Position numbers and translations under genes: made by a program
In this document: positions 33,759 to 46,539 of the stretch, piece after piece
Numbering within the stretch: position 1 is the first letter of the stretch
Layout: every line of letters begins with the position of its first letter
Notes under the pieces: generated by a model
The model's input: only the letters and a program-made list of their open reading frames with translations
The model's database searches: none
Told to the model about the DNA's origin: nothing
From: the human T2T-CHM13v2.0 reference genome, Homo sapiens
Strand: one strand, 5' to 3'
Length of the DNA stretch: 64,000 nt
Assembly: GCF_009914755.1 (NCBI RefSeq)
Contig: NC_060925.1

Positions 33759-33972
33759 TTTTTCCACTACTCCCAAGGGCAAGTGTACCTTGGGAATTAT
33801 CCACCATTTAAAGACAGAATCAGCTGGGCTGGAGACCTTGACAAGAAAGATGCATCAATCAACATAGAAAATATGCAGTTTATACACAATGGCACCTATA
33901 TCTGTGATGTCAAAAACCCTCCTGACATCGTTGTCCAGCCTGGACACATTAGGCTCTATGTCGTAGAAAAAG
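33759..33972 (+). CDS. MPZL1: MPZL1 coding exon 3 (214 nt): C-half of Ig-V domain
   Basis: ctaattgcag|TTTTTCCAC...GAAAAAG|gtactt; FFHYSQGQ...DASINIENMQFIHNGTYICDVKNPPD; Ig-V F-strand (D/N)xGxYxC-type motif; phase 0 to 1. Confidence 0.97.
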
Positions 33973-34719
33973 GTACTTCCTTGAGTATTTTGGCAGTAAT
34001 AATGCAGTCTCCTTTATCTCATGTTTGGTTGGAAAACATGAGTTGCATTTCATGGTGGGTTTGGAGGGAGGATTTTTGCCATACAGTTGTGCTCCCTGTT
34101 GCCACGAACCTGTGGCTCTACCAAACACACTTGGAGCTGGGAAACTTGTTGCTCATTCTGACCCAGAGTGGCTGATTTCTCCATTTTTATTCCTACCGTC
34201 TGGTGCCTATTGGTCTAATTTCAGGAGTATGAATTTTTCAGTGTTAATTAGAAGAAAGACCAAATTCATTATGTTTGGATGTGATGGGCAGTGGGAAAGA
34301 AGGAGATTCATACTGTTTTATATTCTCCAGGAGAAAGCTTTCAACAACAGCACAGTTATTTCTTCCTTTTGATTTTGAGAACAAACAGGAAATGCAGGTT
34401 CTGGTGTCTCATTTTTGAGACAAAGTCTGTTTTGTTGGAGAGTAGATCCAGGTAAATTCACACCTCCGGTTTTTCTTTAGAGCACTGAGAGGGATTGTAG
34501 GTGTAGAAATGCTTAGTTCCATAGTTCATTCTTTCTCATCTAATATTCACATGTCATGAATTACATAGTAATAGGATAGATAGTAGGATCTCATAGTTTG
34601 GATAATAAAAGAGGGTACGGTAACTGCTAAATGAAGATACTTGCTCGTTAATTTAATAAAATTCCATGTTTTCTCTCTGTAGCAATGTACCTTAAAACTA
34701 TTTTGTTCTTTCTCTCTAG

Positions 34720-34852
34720 AGAATTTGCCTGTGTTTCCAGTTTGGGTAGTGGTGGGCATAGTTACTGCTGTGGTCCTAGGTCTCACTCTGCTCATCAGCA
34801 TGATTCTGGCTGTCCTCTATAGAAGGAAAAACTCTAAACGGGATTACACTGG
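34720..34852 (+). CDS. MPZL1: MPZL1 coding exon 4 (133 nt): transmembrane helix and basic stop-transfer
   Basis: tctctctag|AGAATTTG...ACTGG|gtaaga; ENLPVFPVWVVVGIVTAVVLGLTLLISMILAVLYRRKNSKRDYTG; phase 1 to 2. Confidence 0.97.
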
Positions 34853-35261
34853 GTAAGAAACACTGTTTTTTTAGGGCAGGGGTGGAGGGAGGGAATCAGG
34901 GTTTATAGAAACTTCTGTATTTAATGAAAAAAGGATTTTAAAGAATTAACTACTATTTTCTTTCATGTCAGAATCAGGCAGTCTCCTTAGGAGGTGTTCT
35001 AACATGGGCAAGTGGAAATCAGTGGGCCTGCTATTAAATGTGGAATATGATTCTAATCTCTGTTCCAGTTTCCTTCTTAGGTTTGGTGAGATGAGCTGCT
35101 CAGCAGTCTGTGCTCTGTGTTTCAATACCATCCACTATGCAATTAGTATTCTTAAGACATCACTTACCCAATTTAAGAGTTTAATTTCAATTTCTTGCTA
35201 ATAAACTCACAAGGTGGTTCTTTCCAGTTAGGAAATATAAAACCCTAATTAAGAAGTTGTG

Positions 35262-35417
35262 AGCTGGAATTAGTGGCATGTGCCTGTAAGTCCCAGCTAC
35301 TTAGGCTGTGGCAGGAGGATTGCTTGAGCCGAGGCGTTTGAATCTAGCCTAGGCAACATAGCAAGATCCTGTCTCTTTAAAAAAAAAAAAAAAGAAAGAA
35401 AGAAAGAAGAAGAAAAA
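35262..35417 (+). mobile_element. FLAM Alu monomer
   Basis: Single Alu arm with A/GAAA tail. Confidence 0.8.
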
Positions 35418-37547
35418 GCAGTGGTTTTAATAAACTACCTCCCCCAGCCCAGTGTGATGATGGTGCAGGGCTTTTCCTTTTTGTAGTTCCCCTACCCCAC
35501 TCCAAGCTTAAGTAGCTTTATTGCTTTGATCATTCTTAGCTAGATTCACCCAAAATGGGATAATAAGAATTGATGACAAAATATATCAGCAATAAAGAAA
35601 AATAGACTTTCTTTTTGTTTATGGCTTCTCAGATGGAACACGTTTAAGCATAGGGTGTGTATCTAATTAAAGGACCTTCTCTTTTCCCCACTCCAGCTGG
35701 AAAGCTAACCCATATAAGCTATGTAGAACTCATGTGGTAAGACTGGGAGCAGAGGCTGGATTCAAGTTGATATAGCATGAGCAGTGTTGCAGATGCACAG
35801 ATCTAACTTTAGCCATCCTGAAGGGACTCTGATGTGAAAGGATTGCATGTCCTGAACTCTCTTGCTGGTGGATGGTGGGAACCTCTATCTATGGGCTCTG
35901 CTGATCTAGAGTTTTTAGGAGTGCTGTGTTTTAACAAGTTTGAGTGTTCAAATTCAGATATTACTTGCTTGGAATGCTTCTATTCTGCTGACTGTATCTG
36001 CCCCCCTTGCATGGTGAGTGTTTTATGATTAAATATAGTTGGACTATTGGTTTCAACATGAGACTAATCCAGGGTGGTGACATGCCGGTCTTTGTAGTTC
36101 TTGCTTCGGGGTTAATGAGGGGCAGGAAAGAGTTCCTTAGACTCCTGCATGGCATCATGAATGCTGCTGTTCTTCTTACCTTGGTTTTTTTCCTCCTCCT
36201 CTACCTTTTCTACCTTGGTGTGCTGGGATCAGATCCTGCTTATCTTCCACTTCTTAAGAAAAGCTGACATAGAAGACACATTGGGACTATAACAGGGCTG
36301 GGTCTCCTCTTCCACTCCCACTAGACACATGGTAACTAATCACATTGCCCATTACTGTTAATATTCCTGTGTATGTATTCAGCCCCTCTCCCTTGTTGAT
36401 GACTAACCAGCTAGCTCTGAGCTAACCCAACAGCTATTATGATTTGTCCATGAATATGTCACATGTTTGTATTGGAAACATGTTGAGCATACTATCTGGA
36501 TGAAATTGGATTGTGAAGTTACATAGAGTTTTTATGCACATCTGAATATTTGTGCTCTTCATGTAAAATGCCATTGTGTATGTGTGTGTGTGCATTAGTT
36601 TTCTTTTTTCATATATGTATTATGTTATCAATATTTAAGATCCTGACTGATTATGTATTAGAATAATTAAACCATTTTGGTTCAGAGCATGTAGCCTCCC
36701 ATTTCACAGAAGGAACAGTTTGCAGAATGCATGGTATGCTTTGGTCTTAGTAATGACACTTTAAATGTGATTCTCCCCAAACTCCTAAGTTTTAAAAGTA
36801 TATATCAAAAGGCTTTAAGCTGTACTGATGACACATCTCATTGGAAAATCCCTACGCTGTACCCCAGCTTTCTTACTTCCTGGCATTCACTTTCCCTGAT
36901 TCATTTATGAGATAGTGCTTGTTGTTAAAGACTACTGTCACCGTGAAAAGGTTCAGCCTGTGTGACCTGGCATTCCCTAATTTCTCATTCATGACTTCCT
37001 GAGTTTTTGGGGGGATTTGATTGTGGTATTGGTAGGGAATAAAAATATGGAGAGAACAAGATAAGCCAAGACTTGCCTGGATATATATCTGTAATTTAAA
37101 ACATACATTCAGAAGAGGTTTGCCTTTGATTATAACAAAAGTGAATTGCCATTAAGCTAATAAAAGGTACCATAGAGCTTGTTCCCTTAAACCTTTATCC
37201 CAAAGGAGGGTTGATGGCAGGGGGAAAAGACAAACAGCAAAAGGATAAATGTGTATTGTAACTAGAATTCCAATATGATTTTTGTAAACTGGGTTGAAGA
37301 GGTTGTACCATATTTGTTTCTGTGCCTCCCCCAGTGATGAGTTCATTGACTTAGAAGAATGAGTGAGTGTCAGGTATAGAAAATAGTTTAAAAACATGTG
37401 ATCATTTTGACACCCATTGTTATGTTGTCTTTTGTTTTTATATATCTGTTGCTTCATCTTGCCGTCAGTTGCATTTCTATATTTTTGTTTCTATTTATTT
37501 ATTATTATTATTTTTTACATTTGTTCTTCAAATTGCCAATTCATCAG

Positions 37548-37650
37548 CTGCAGTACATCAGAGAGTTTGTCACCAGTTAAGCAGGCTCCTCGGAAGTCCC
37601 CCTCCGACACTGAGGGTCTTGTAAAGAGTCTGCCTTCTGGATCTCACCAG
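37548..37650 (+). CDS. MPZL1: MPZL1 coding exon 5 (103 nt, cassette exon): juxtamembrane Ser-rich cytoplasmic segment
   Basis: tcatcag|CTGCAGT...CACCAG|gtaatg; CSTSESLSPVKQAPRKSPSDTEGLVKSLPSGSHQ; phase 2 to 0. Confidence 0.95.
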
Positions 37651-37741
37651 GTAATGGCTGATTGCGATTCTGCCCACTGCACTGTTCCCTACAGCTTGGT
37701 GCTCTGTCACTTCCTTGGGTGTGGAAAAGAATACTGAGCTA

Positions 37742-37786
37742 TGAGAGACAGAGACAGAGACAGACAGACAGAGACAAAGAGAGAGT
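37742..37786. repeat. (GAGACA)n/(GACA)n simple repeat
   Basis: gagagacagagacagagacagacagacagagac. Confidence 0.85.
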
Positions 37787-39524
37787 GGGAGTGAGGAATT
37801 AAAGGGCTGGCCTAGGAAGACCACAGGAAAATATGTGGTGAAGAATCTGCTTGAGTAAAGATTTCCATGAAACCACCAATAACATAAATTGTTTACTAAC
37901 CATGTAGCTTCCTTGCCTCAAGCAGAATTAGGAAATGGCTTTGTCAGTAAAAGATTCTTTAATTGCCCAAGGAAATGAATCTAATGAAGGAGATTCTTTC
38001 TGTATTGAGGTACTCTAAGATAAGAAATTAGCAAGGAAAAGTTGGTATTCTTAGTATTGATAATAAAACCAAAATTATTTTCTGTGGATTCTTTAGAAAA
38101 AATGGAAAGTAAGCATTTATCTGAATAATTAATAGGCTTGATGAACAAGGAATGGTTTTGGTTTCTACTTGTAGAAAGTACAGAAGAGAAACAGGTTTTA
38201 TTTGGAAGTTAGCATATAATCTAGCTTTGTGTGTTTTGGCTGTAGTATTTTAATTATAACTGTGGCTTGGCAAAAATTCCATAGCTTAGTTCAGTTTGAT
38301 TTTTCTGGGGTAGAAAGCATGCTAAAGAATTTGGCCAGTTATAGCTTTGTCCTAAAAAGGTGTTAGCTGGTGGGAATGGATTTAAGAGGAAATAAAGAGA
38401 GTAACAGTGTTTTGTGGGAAAAGTACCCATAGTCTTATTCCATAGTTGTTATATGTGGTGAGGAAACTAAGGCATTGTGATGTTAAATTACTAAAAGCAC
38501 ACACCCAGTTAGTGACAGAACTGGGGCTAGAACCCAGGTGTCTAGATAGCATGTTCTCTACCACAGCATCAGGCTCATTACTTGTTCCTGTTCTATCTGT
38601 CTGTCTCTCTCTCACATTACATAATATATGTCAGATACCTCAGTCTACTAATTTGGGTTGTGAACAGGAATATGGTTGTAAATGAAGACATGAAAGTTAC
38701 ATACACATAGGCATAGCATCTAAAAAAGCATTGGAACATTTTTATTCCGCCCTTGAAGCACTATGGAAGTTGCTTTTTTGCTGAAAACAAACCAGAAAAA
38801 AGAAAAAGAAACTGTGGTTTTCAAGACAGTGGAACACAAATTATGCAGCACTGTCATCCCCAAAAGAAAGGAAACAGACAATGTGAGCCGTGTTATTGCC
38901 CCAGTGTACTGCCTTGAAGCAGTTTCCACACTGCAGTGTAGGTGGGGAAAATGGAAACTGGGCCCAGCTGTCTCACTCAATTGAGAAGGCGGAAATCAGA
39001 ATTTGGGGAGGTCAAGGAGGCTAAGATTTATGAGGCTGAGTACCAAAGAAGGAACCATAGAGAGAGCGTGCTAGGATGAGCACGAGCACTTCAGAGATTT
39101 GGAGCGGGGTCCCCTTGAGTCTTTGTCTGATTACAGAGTTGTATACACATAGGAGAACACTCTCTGAAACCAGGGGAAGAACTACCTGAAATGCAGTAGG
39201 TTGCACAATGCCTGGTGCTCACACAGGTGAGGGACTAGTTTGTGTTCCTAAGAGCCAGAGTAGAGAGACTTATAATACACAGGGTATTGGTTGGGGTTCT
39301 CAAAATGGTCATACCTAAATGGGTTAAATTAGTACCAGAATAAAGGATGCTATGGACCCACCATAACAAAGCTTAAAAGGAAGCCTTTAAAGAATCAAAC
39401 TAATCCAAAAGTAATTTAGTTGCATTTTACAACAAAATCCAACACGCTTTATGCTACAACAAAATTCATCACCCAACAATGTACAATTTACAATGTCTGG
39501 CACCAATCAAAAACTACCAGGCAT

Positions 39525-39818
<294 letters not shown>

Positions 39819-39861
39819 CAACTATCAGGCATAAAAAGAAACCAAAAAATAAAACACATAA

Positions 39862-39981
39862 GCCAGATATAGTGGTGTGTACCTGTAGTCCCAGCTACTT
39901 GAAAGCCTAAGTGGGAGGATTGCTTGAGCCCAAGAGTGTAAGACCAGCCTGGGCAATATAGTGAGACCCTATCTCAAATAA
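39862..39981 (+). mobile_element. FLAM monomer
   Basis: Single Alu arm. Confidence 0.75.
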
Positions 39982-40007
39982 ATAGATGGGTGGAAAGAAG
40001 GAAGGAA

Positions 40008-40052
40008 GGATGGATGGATGGATGGATGGATGGATGGATGGATGGATGGATA
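40008..40052. repeat. (GGAT)n tetranucleotide
   Basis: ~11 GGAT units. Confidence 0.95.
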
Positions 40053-40417
40053 GATTTAAAAAAATAATAATTTAATAATTAATTACAATAAAAAATCAGG
40101 AGAAATCAATCAGAAACAAATTCAGAATGGATGGAAATGATGGGATTCATAAACAAAGACCTTAAAATGAGTATTATCAATCTTATTAGTAAACTTAAAG
40201 ATGTAAAGGAAAGCTTGAACCCAATGAGGAAAGAAATAGATATCTAAAACAGACCAAAATGGAACTTCTGGAAATAAAAAAAAATTGGATGGTGTTAACA
40301 ACAGATTAGATACTGCAAAAAAAAAAGGTCAATCAACTTGAAGACATAGCAATAGAAACTATCCAAAATGAAGCTCAAAGAGAAAGACAGATGGCGGGGT
40401 GAAAGTGAACAGAGCCT

Positions 40418-40629
40418 AACACGGTGAAAACCCATCTCTACTAAAAATACAAAAAATTAGTTGGGCATGGTGGCACGTGCCTGTAGTCCCAGTTACTCAG
40501 GAGGCTGAGGCAAGAAAATCACTTGAACCTGGGAGGCAGAGGTTGCAGTGAGCTGAGATCATGCCACTGTACTCCAGCCTGGGCAACAGAGCGAGACTCT
40601 GTCTCAAAAAAGAAAAAAAGAAAAAAAAG
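40418..40629 (+). mobile_element. 5'-truncated Alu
   Basis: TSD aaagtgaacagagc on both sides. Confidence 0.9.
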
Positions 40630-40677
40630 AAAGTGAACAGAGCTTCAGTGAGCCACCGGACAATATCAAGCAATCTA

Positions 40678-41205
<528 letters not shown>

Positions 41206-44073
41206 TTATATTATCCATGAAATTATAATTTGAAGGTAGACTGTGGTAAGTTAAAGATATATGCTGCAAATTCTAGAGCAAACACTGAAAAAAATAAAAG
41301 AGATAGATACAGCTAACAAGCTCTATCTCCGAATGGCAATACTGATAAGAACAAAATTCTGACATATGCTACAACATGGAAAATGGTAAATGCGGATGGT
41401 AATAATATCAACGTTGGCATCAGAACAAGAAATAGAACCAGAGATAGAGGGACTTTTTATGATGATAAAGCGATCTACTTACAAAGAAGACATAATCCTA
41501 AATGTTTATACTTGTAATAGTAGAGCTTGAAAATAAGTAAAACTGAGAGAATTGGAAGGAAAAATTGACGTATTTACAATCATAGTTGGAGGTTTCAACA
41601 AGAAACTTTAATGTAATCATTTCAAAATACTCAGTTAATCCAAAAGTGAGCAGGAAAGGAGGGGAAAATGAGCAAAGGGTAGATGGGGCAAATAGAACAC
41701 AAATAATGAAGTGGTAGATTTAAACTCAACCAGACTGATGATTGTATTACTATAAATGGGCTGAGTGTGCCAATAAAAGGTGGAGATGGACAAATTGGAT
41801 AGAAAAGCAAGAACCAATCATATGCTGTCTGCAATAAACCACTTTAAATAAAAAGATCCAGGTAGGTTAAAAATATTAATACAAGGATGAAATTGAAAGC
41901 AGAGTCTTGAAGAGATATTTGTACATCCATGTTCATAGCAGTATTATTCACAAGAGCCAAAATACAGAAGCAACCCAAGAGTCCATCAGTATACAAGTGG
42001 ATAAATAGAATGTGGTATATATATACACAATGGAATATTATTCTGTCTTTAAAAGGAAAGAAATTCTGACACATGCTACAACATGGATGAATCTTGAAGA
42101 TATGCCAAGTGAAATAAGCCAGCCACAGAAAGACATACTATGTGATTCTACTAATATCCCATACCCTACAGTGGTCCAGTTCATAGAGACAGAAAGTAGA
42201 GTGGTAGTTGTTGGGGAAGGAAGAATAGGGAGTTGTTTAATTGGTACAGTTTCAGTTTTTGCAGGATGAAAATATCGTAGAGATTGGTTGCACAAGGATG
42301 TAAATGCACTTAACACTACTAAGCTGTACACTTTAAAATGGTAAAGATGCTAATTTTTATGTTATATATATTTTACCACATTTTTTAAACAGTAAAAGGA
42401 TGGAAATGATATGCTACATTAACACTAATCAAGAGAAATCTGGGTGGTAATAATATCAGAATAGGCTTCAGAACAAGAAATAGAACCAGGGATAAAGACA
42501 GACTTTTTATGATGACAAAGTGATCTACTCATGAAGAAGACATAATCCTAAATATTTATACTTCTAATAATAGAGCTTGAAAGTAAGTGAAGTAAAACTA
42601 AGAGAATTGAAAGGAGAAATTGACATATTCACAATCATAGTTGGAGGTTTCAACACTCCTTTCTCAGCAGTTGGTAGAACAGGTTTACAGAAAATCAAAA
42701 AAGATGCGGAAGACTTAACAGTGAAACCAGTTTGAGCTAATAGACATTTATAAAACACTCCTTCCATCAAGCGCAGAATTCTTACTCTTTTTAAGTACAC
42801 ATGAAAATTAACCAAATATAGACCATATTCTGGTTCATAAAACAATTCTCATTAAATTTAAAAGGGTTGGAATCATATAGAGTACGTTCTCTGGCCACAA
42901 TGGAATTAAACAGAAATCAACAGAAAGATACCTGGAAAGTCTCAAATATTTCAAAATTGAACAACCCATGAGTAAAACAAGAAGTCACAAGAAAAATTAG
43001 AAAATATTTTGAACTGAGTGAAAATAACATATCAAAATTTGTGAGATATAGCTAAAGAAGTGCTTTGAAGATTTGTAGCATTAACTGTTTATATTAGAAA
43101 AAAATAAAGCTCTAAAATTGATGATCTAGGCTTCTGTCTGAAGAAACTAGAAAAAGAAGAGCAAATTAAACCCAACATAAACAGATAGAATTAATAAAGA
43201 GAAGAGCTGTGGAAAAATCAGCTGACATTCTCATTGTTTCCCTGTAGGTAATCTGTCGCTTCTCTCTGGCTGCTTTTCGGATCTTCTTTATGCCTTTGGT
43301 GTTTGGCATTTTATATACTATTTAATTATAGATTATCCCTTGTTGCATCTGCTTGTAATTTCATTGGACCTCCTGAGTCTTAAGGTTGATGTCTTTAATA
43401 AATTCTAAAAAATTTCTAGTCACAATCTCTTTGAATTTTTCCTTTCTGCATTTTATCTATTTATCTTTTTATGGAACTCTGATTATATGTGTATTATACT
43501 TTCTCTATGCTCTAAGTCTCTTAACCTCTCTTGCAGATCTTTCATTGTATTGTCTTTCTGCCATTTTCTGCATAATTTCTTCATCTGCCTTCATTCACTA
43601 ATTCCTTAGCTGTGACTAGTCTACTGTTTAGCCCCTTTTAAAAGTTTTTAAACTTCAATTTCATATTACAGGTTTATTTTCTAGAAATTTTATTTGGTTC
43701 TTTTTTAAATATACCTGGTTAATTTTGATAGTTCCTTATAACTTCATATTTTCAACTATCTTATTTAAGCATGTTAAATATTCTTATTTTATACCTCAAA
43801 ACTGATAATTCCAGTGTCTGTAGTCTTTATTGATCTGACTACGGTTTTTGTTTCTATATTTCTTGCTAATGGTGGCTATTTTCTCATCTCATGGGTGTTT
43901 TATAATTTGAAGACTGTACTTACGTTCTTGGCACTTTGTACAAATTGATTGAGTCTTCATTTAAAATATATTTACTCATGAGAAGATTTGTATTTCTTCT
44001 GCCTGTGTCTTGGATACTACCAACCCAGTGAGAAGAAATGCACAGGAGGTAAAAAAATTTTGAGAACTTGAAT

Positions 44074-44485
44074 GGTAGACTATAATGGCCCCACAAAGAG
44101 GTCCACATTCTAATCTCTGGATTCTTTAGGATATGTTACCTTACGTATCAAAAAGGACTTGGCAGATGTGATTAAATTGCCTTGAGATAGGGAGATTGTC
44201 TTGGGTTATCTGGGTGGCTCCATTGTAACCATAAAGGTCCTTAGAAGAGGGAGGCAGAAGGGTAAGCATCGGGGAGAGACTGGAAGATGCTATACTGCTG
44301 ACTTTAAAGATGAAGAACTCATAGCCAAGAAATACAGGCAGCTTCCAGAAGCTGGAAAAAGCAAGGAGACAGATTCTCTCCTAGAACCTGTGGAAGGCAC
44401 GCAGTCCTATTGACACCTTGATCTTAGCACAGTGAAACACATTTCAGACTTCTGACCTGTAAAACTGTGAGATAATTAATATGTT
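44074..44485 (+). mobile_element. MLT1 (MaLR) solo LTR
   Basis: ggtagactataatggccccacaaagaggtccacattctaatc...gaagctggaaaaagcaaggagacagattctctcctagaacc. Confidence 0.8.
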
Positions 44486-46539
44486 TTTAACACCTTTAAA
44501 ATTGTCTTTATTCTCCTCCCTCAAACTTGATTGCGAATCTGGTGGGGTAGGATTCCCAGTTGGAAATCATTTTCCTTCAGCATTTTGAGTCATTGCTGAT
44601 TGTTCTGGCTTCCAGCATTGTGGCTTAGAAGCTGATGCCATTCTGATTCACTCTTAGGGCAGAGGAAGGTAGGGTCATCTACCTGAGCAAAGGGAGAGTA
44701 AAGACCAGAACCAAACTGGGGCTCTTCCAGCCAAGTGGAGTGGGAGGCTGGGTTGGGAAGGTGTTAGATAGGCACTACCTAGAGTTTAGAGTGTTAAGGC
44801 ACTGTGGAAAAAAATAAGAAAATTTTTTTTCTTTGTGAAGCTTAGTTTTGAATGAGATTGGTATAAAGTAATTTTTGTATATGTATTTGAGGAGTAGTTG
44901 GTTTTCTAGATCCTTTTCTGGATATCGTTGATGCTCTGTATGCAAAAGGTAGGTTTTTGGGTTATGTTGTTAAACAGTGATTGAATGGAATATTTATGTA
45001 TTTGTCAACTATAGTGCATAGCATAGACAGGGTAATGTTTCAAGAAGTAGTTATGTGCGTTTTTCCTTTAGTCCTCACAACAGTCCTCCAGGGTAAGTTC
45101 TTCTGTTGTCTCTATTTTACACATGAAGAAACTGAGGCTTAGTTAGGCAAGTCACTTGCTCAAGGTCAGTAGTTAGTGGCTGAGCCAGATCTGTCTGGTT
45201 CTAAGGCACATGTATATTTTATCCTGTCCAATTTTTTTCACCTCTGCTTTGATAATCAGTATTTGTCTCATTTATCTCAAAGAAAGTCATAATACATAGC
45301 TGTGTTTCATATTTATATTTTACTTAAAAAACAGTGGAATAAATACTAAAAAAAAAGGTGTTCTGTCAGTAGTCAATGAGCACATGGTAAAAATAGATGT
45401 TCTTTCTTAGTGATTCGTGCTAGGCTTTTGGGGATGACTCCTCTAACACCTGAAGGACTAGAATCAAATTAAATAGGGCTACAGGCTACAGAGACTGTGA
45501 AAGGTGTACTACAGGACACAACATAATGACTCCTGAGCAGTTAATTTGTAGTTAGAAGCAGGTCTCTTTGCTTTTCTAGAATCCTTTCTTCCTGGACCTT
45601 CTCCCCCAACCTTCACCAGTTATGGTTTTTTTATTGGAATAAATAATTAATTTTGGTACAAGTAAACTTCAGAGGTAATTTTATCTCTAGTTGTAACTAA
45701 AATAATAGGCCTATATTAAGCAATGTGTTTCTTGAAACATTTTCAATAGCTAAGGCCTATTCATGCAGAAAGTAGCTGAAAACATACTCAGACCAATTTT
45801 TCACTTTATTGTTGTAATTCTTTGTGTAAAAGCAAAGATAAATAAATAAATGAAATGGAGGGTGGGGAGGGTGAGTACCAAGAGATAGAGTAAAACAGCT
45901 AGGTTAATGTAGGTTTTGTTGTTGTTTTCCTTCTTTATTATACCCAAAAGTGAATGTCTTAACAATGGTAGGTTCATTTCAAAGTTGATCGTGGTTCTGT
46001 GGATCCTCTTGAAGTCCTGAGCAGCCTCATTTGCCCTCAAAATCGAGGTGCTGAGGCATGTTCCATAGAGACTCAGGGCTCCTTCCACCTCTAAATAGCA
46101 CTCAGAATCAAACTTCATAGAGGTGTTCTAGATTGAGCTAGATCTGTCAGCAGACCCCAATCTCAACCTACATCTGCAGTTTCTCTGCATCCTTTCTTTC
46201 ATCCATCCCTTCATCCAGCACCTGTGTTCTGCCAAGTTCTAGGAAGTTAACAAAGTCCCTGACTTAAGACCTTATTATATTCTAAGGGGGAAGAGGAATG
46301 AGGATAACATCAGGCAGTGGTAAACAGTTTGAAGAATACCAAGTCCATCAGCAGGAAGGGATTTCTTCAGTGTTTTCCCATTTACTTTCATGAGATAGTT
46401 GTATTCTTTTGACATGAAAGACAGTACTGTCTCACATGAAAGACCTCATTGATATTTTAACATTTACAGACTAAAAGATAATTCTGTGTTCTTTTTCCTC
46501 TTTACTTTCTCTGTTCTCATTCTTTTCTACTCACATAAT

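Noticed and set aside
32839-33867. Cluster of overlapping 70-130 aa ORFs
   Set aside because: They derive from the GC-rich SVA VNTR, Alu-like and SINE-R regions; not a gene
33973-34175. ORF continuing 67 codons past the exon 3 donor (possible secreted Ig-only form)
   Set aside because: Normal donor present, no nearby poly(A) signal seen and the peptide is featureless; likely chance
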